Assembly: GCA_030390025.1 (NCBI GenBank)
Contig: CM059432.1
Location: 114,640,001-114,704,000 of the forward strand
Length of the DNA: 64,000 nt
Origin: Squalus acanthias
Taxonomy: Eukaryota
Direction: 5' to 3'
Numbering within the stretch: the stretch's first letter is position 1; each line of letters begins with the position of its first letter. Under the pieces are notes generated by a model. That model had not been told where the DNA came from, did not search any database, and saw only the letters and a program-made list of their open reading frames with translations. Shown one piece after another: positions 63,590 through 64,000 of this stretch. The position numbers and the translations under genes are program-made.

Positions 63590-64000
63590 GGGGGCGATTT
63601 TCAGAGGCCCAGGGAGGCGGGTTTGGAGGTGGGAAAGGCGGGAAAATCGGAAAAAATGAGTGCGGGTTCGGAACCCGCCTCCAAGGGATTTTGCCGGTGC
63701 CGGTATAGCAGGGCGGGAAATAGTCCCGCCTCCAGCTGGCTGGAGAGCTTGTTAAGAGGCTTAATTGCTCGTTAAGGCCTCTCTAAGCCTATTTTGAGAG
63801 GCCCTCGTTATTTTTCGACCATTTCGGCATGTTCCACGACCCTCCTAAACCACGCCAGATAAACCTGGTGGGTTGACAAGTGGGTGGTCTCCTCACAGCT
63901 GCAGCTCAAACATTAAATCGGAGATTTCATCAGCGATTAGTTGCAGGTGACAGAACTTTGCTTTAAAAGGCGTTTGAGCACTTTTAGCAGGCCTTCCAAA
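63590..64000 (+). mobile_element. Harbinger element left end (family of 17262-18692), runs off the window
   Basis: gggggcgatttt TIR; shares gaccctcctaaaccacgccag and cctcacagctgcagctc with 17262-17700. Confidence 0.85.

Noticed and set aside
36084..64000. Upstream RIMS2 C2A exon (…LEITLWDQARVREEESEFLGE)
   Set aside because: Not found by eye on the minus strand; presumably beyond the window end.

Overview
Vertebrate genomic DNA, very likely from a cartilaginous fish (shark-type CR1 3' ends, SacSINE1-like DeuSINEs; inference). The window lies inside a minus-strand RIMS2 gene. Five clear coding exons and one probable exon (end of C2A and the downstream alternatively spliced linker) sit between 36.1 kb and 0.9 kb; I found no further exon in 36.1-64 kb. 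The introns are packed with nested mobile DNA: many CR1 LINE copies, L2 and L2/Crack-type LINEs, SINEs, two decayed two-gene PIF/Harbinger transposons (transposase plus Myb/SANT gene), about ten Harbinger-derived non-autonomous elements, a palindromic Penelope-derived element with minimal hammerhead-like motifs, and a 5.7-kb LTR element with gag/pro/RT and env-like remnants (possibly lokiretrovirus-like). Most notable: the Harbinger-type elements insert into a shared 15-bp quasi-palindromic target, twice at the same position of two CR1 copies, and they carry eight perfect CRE sites, shared TGTCAA/TTGACA hairpins and splice donors on both strands. No tools were used; family names come from recognised motifs, and repeat boundaries without a TSD are approximate.
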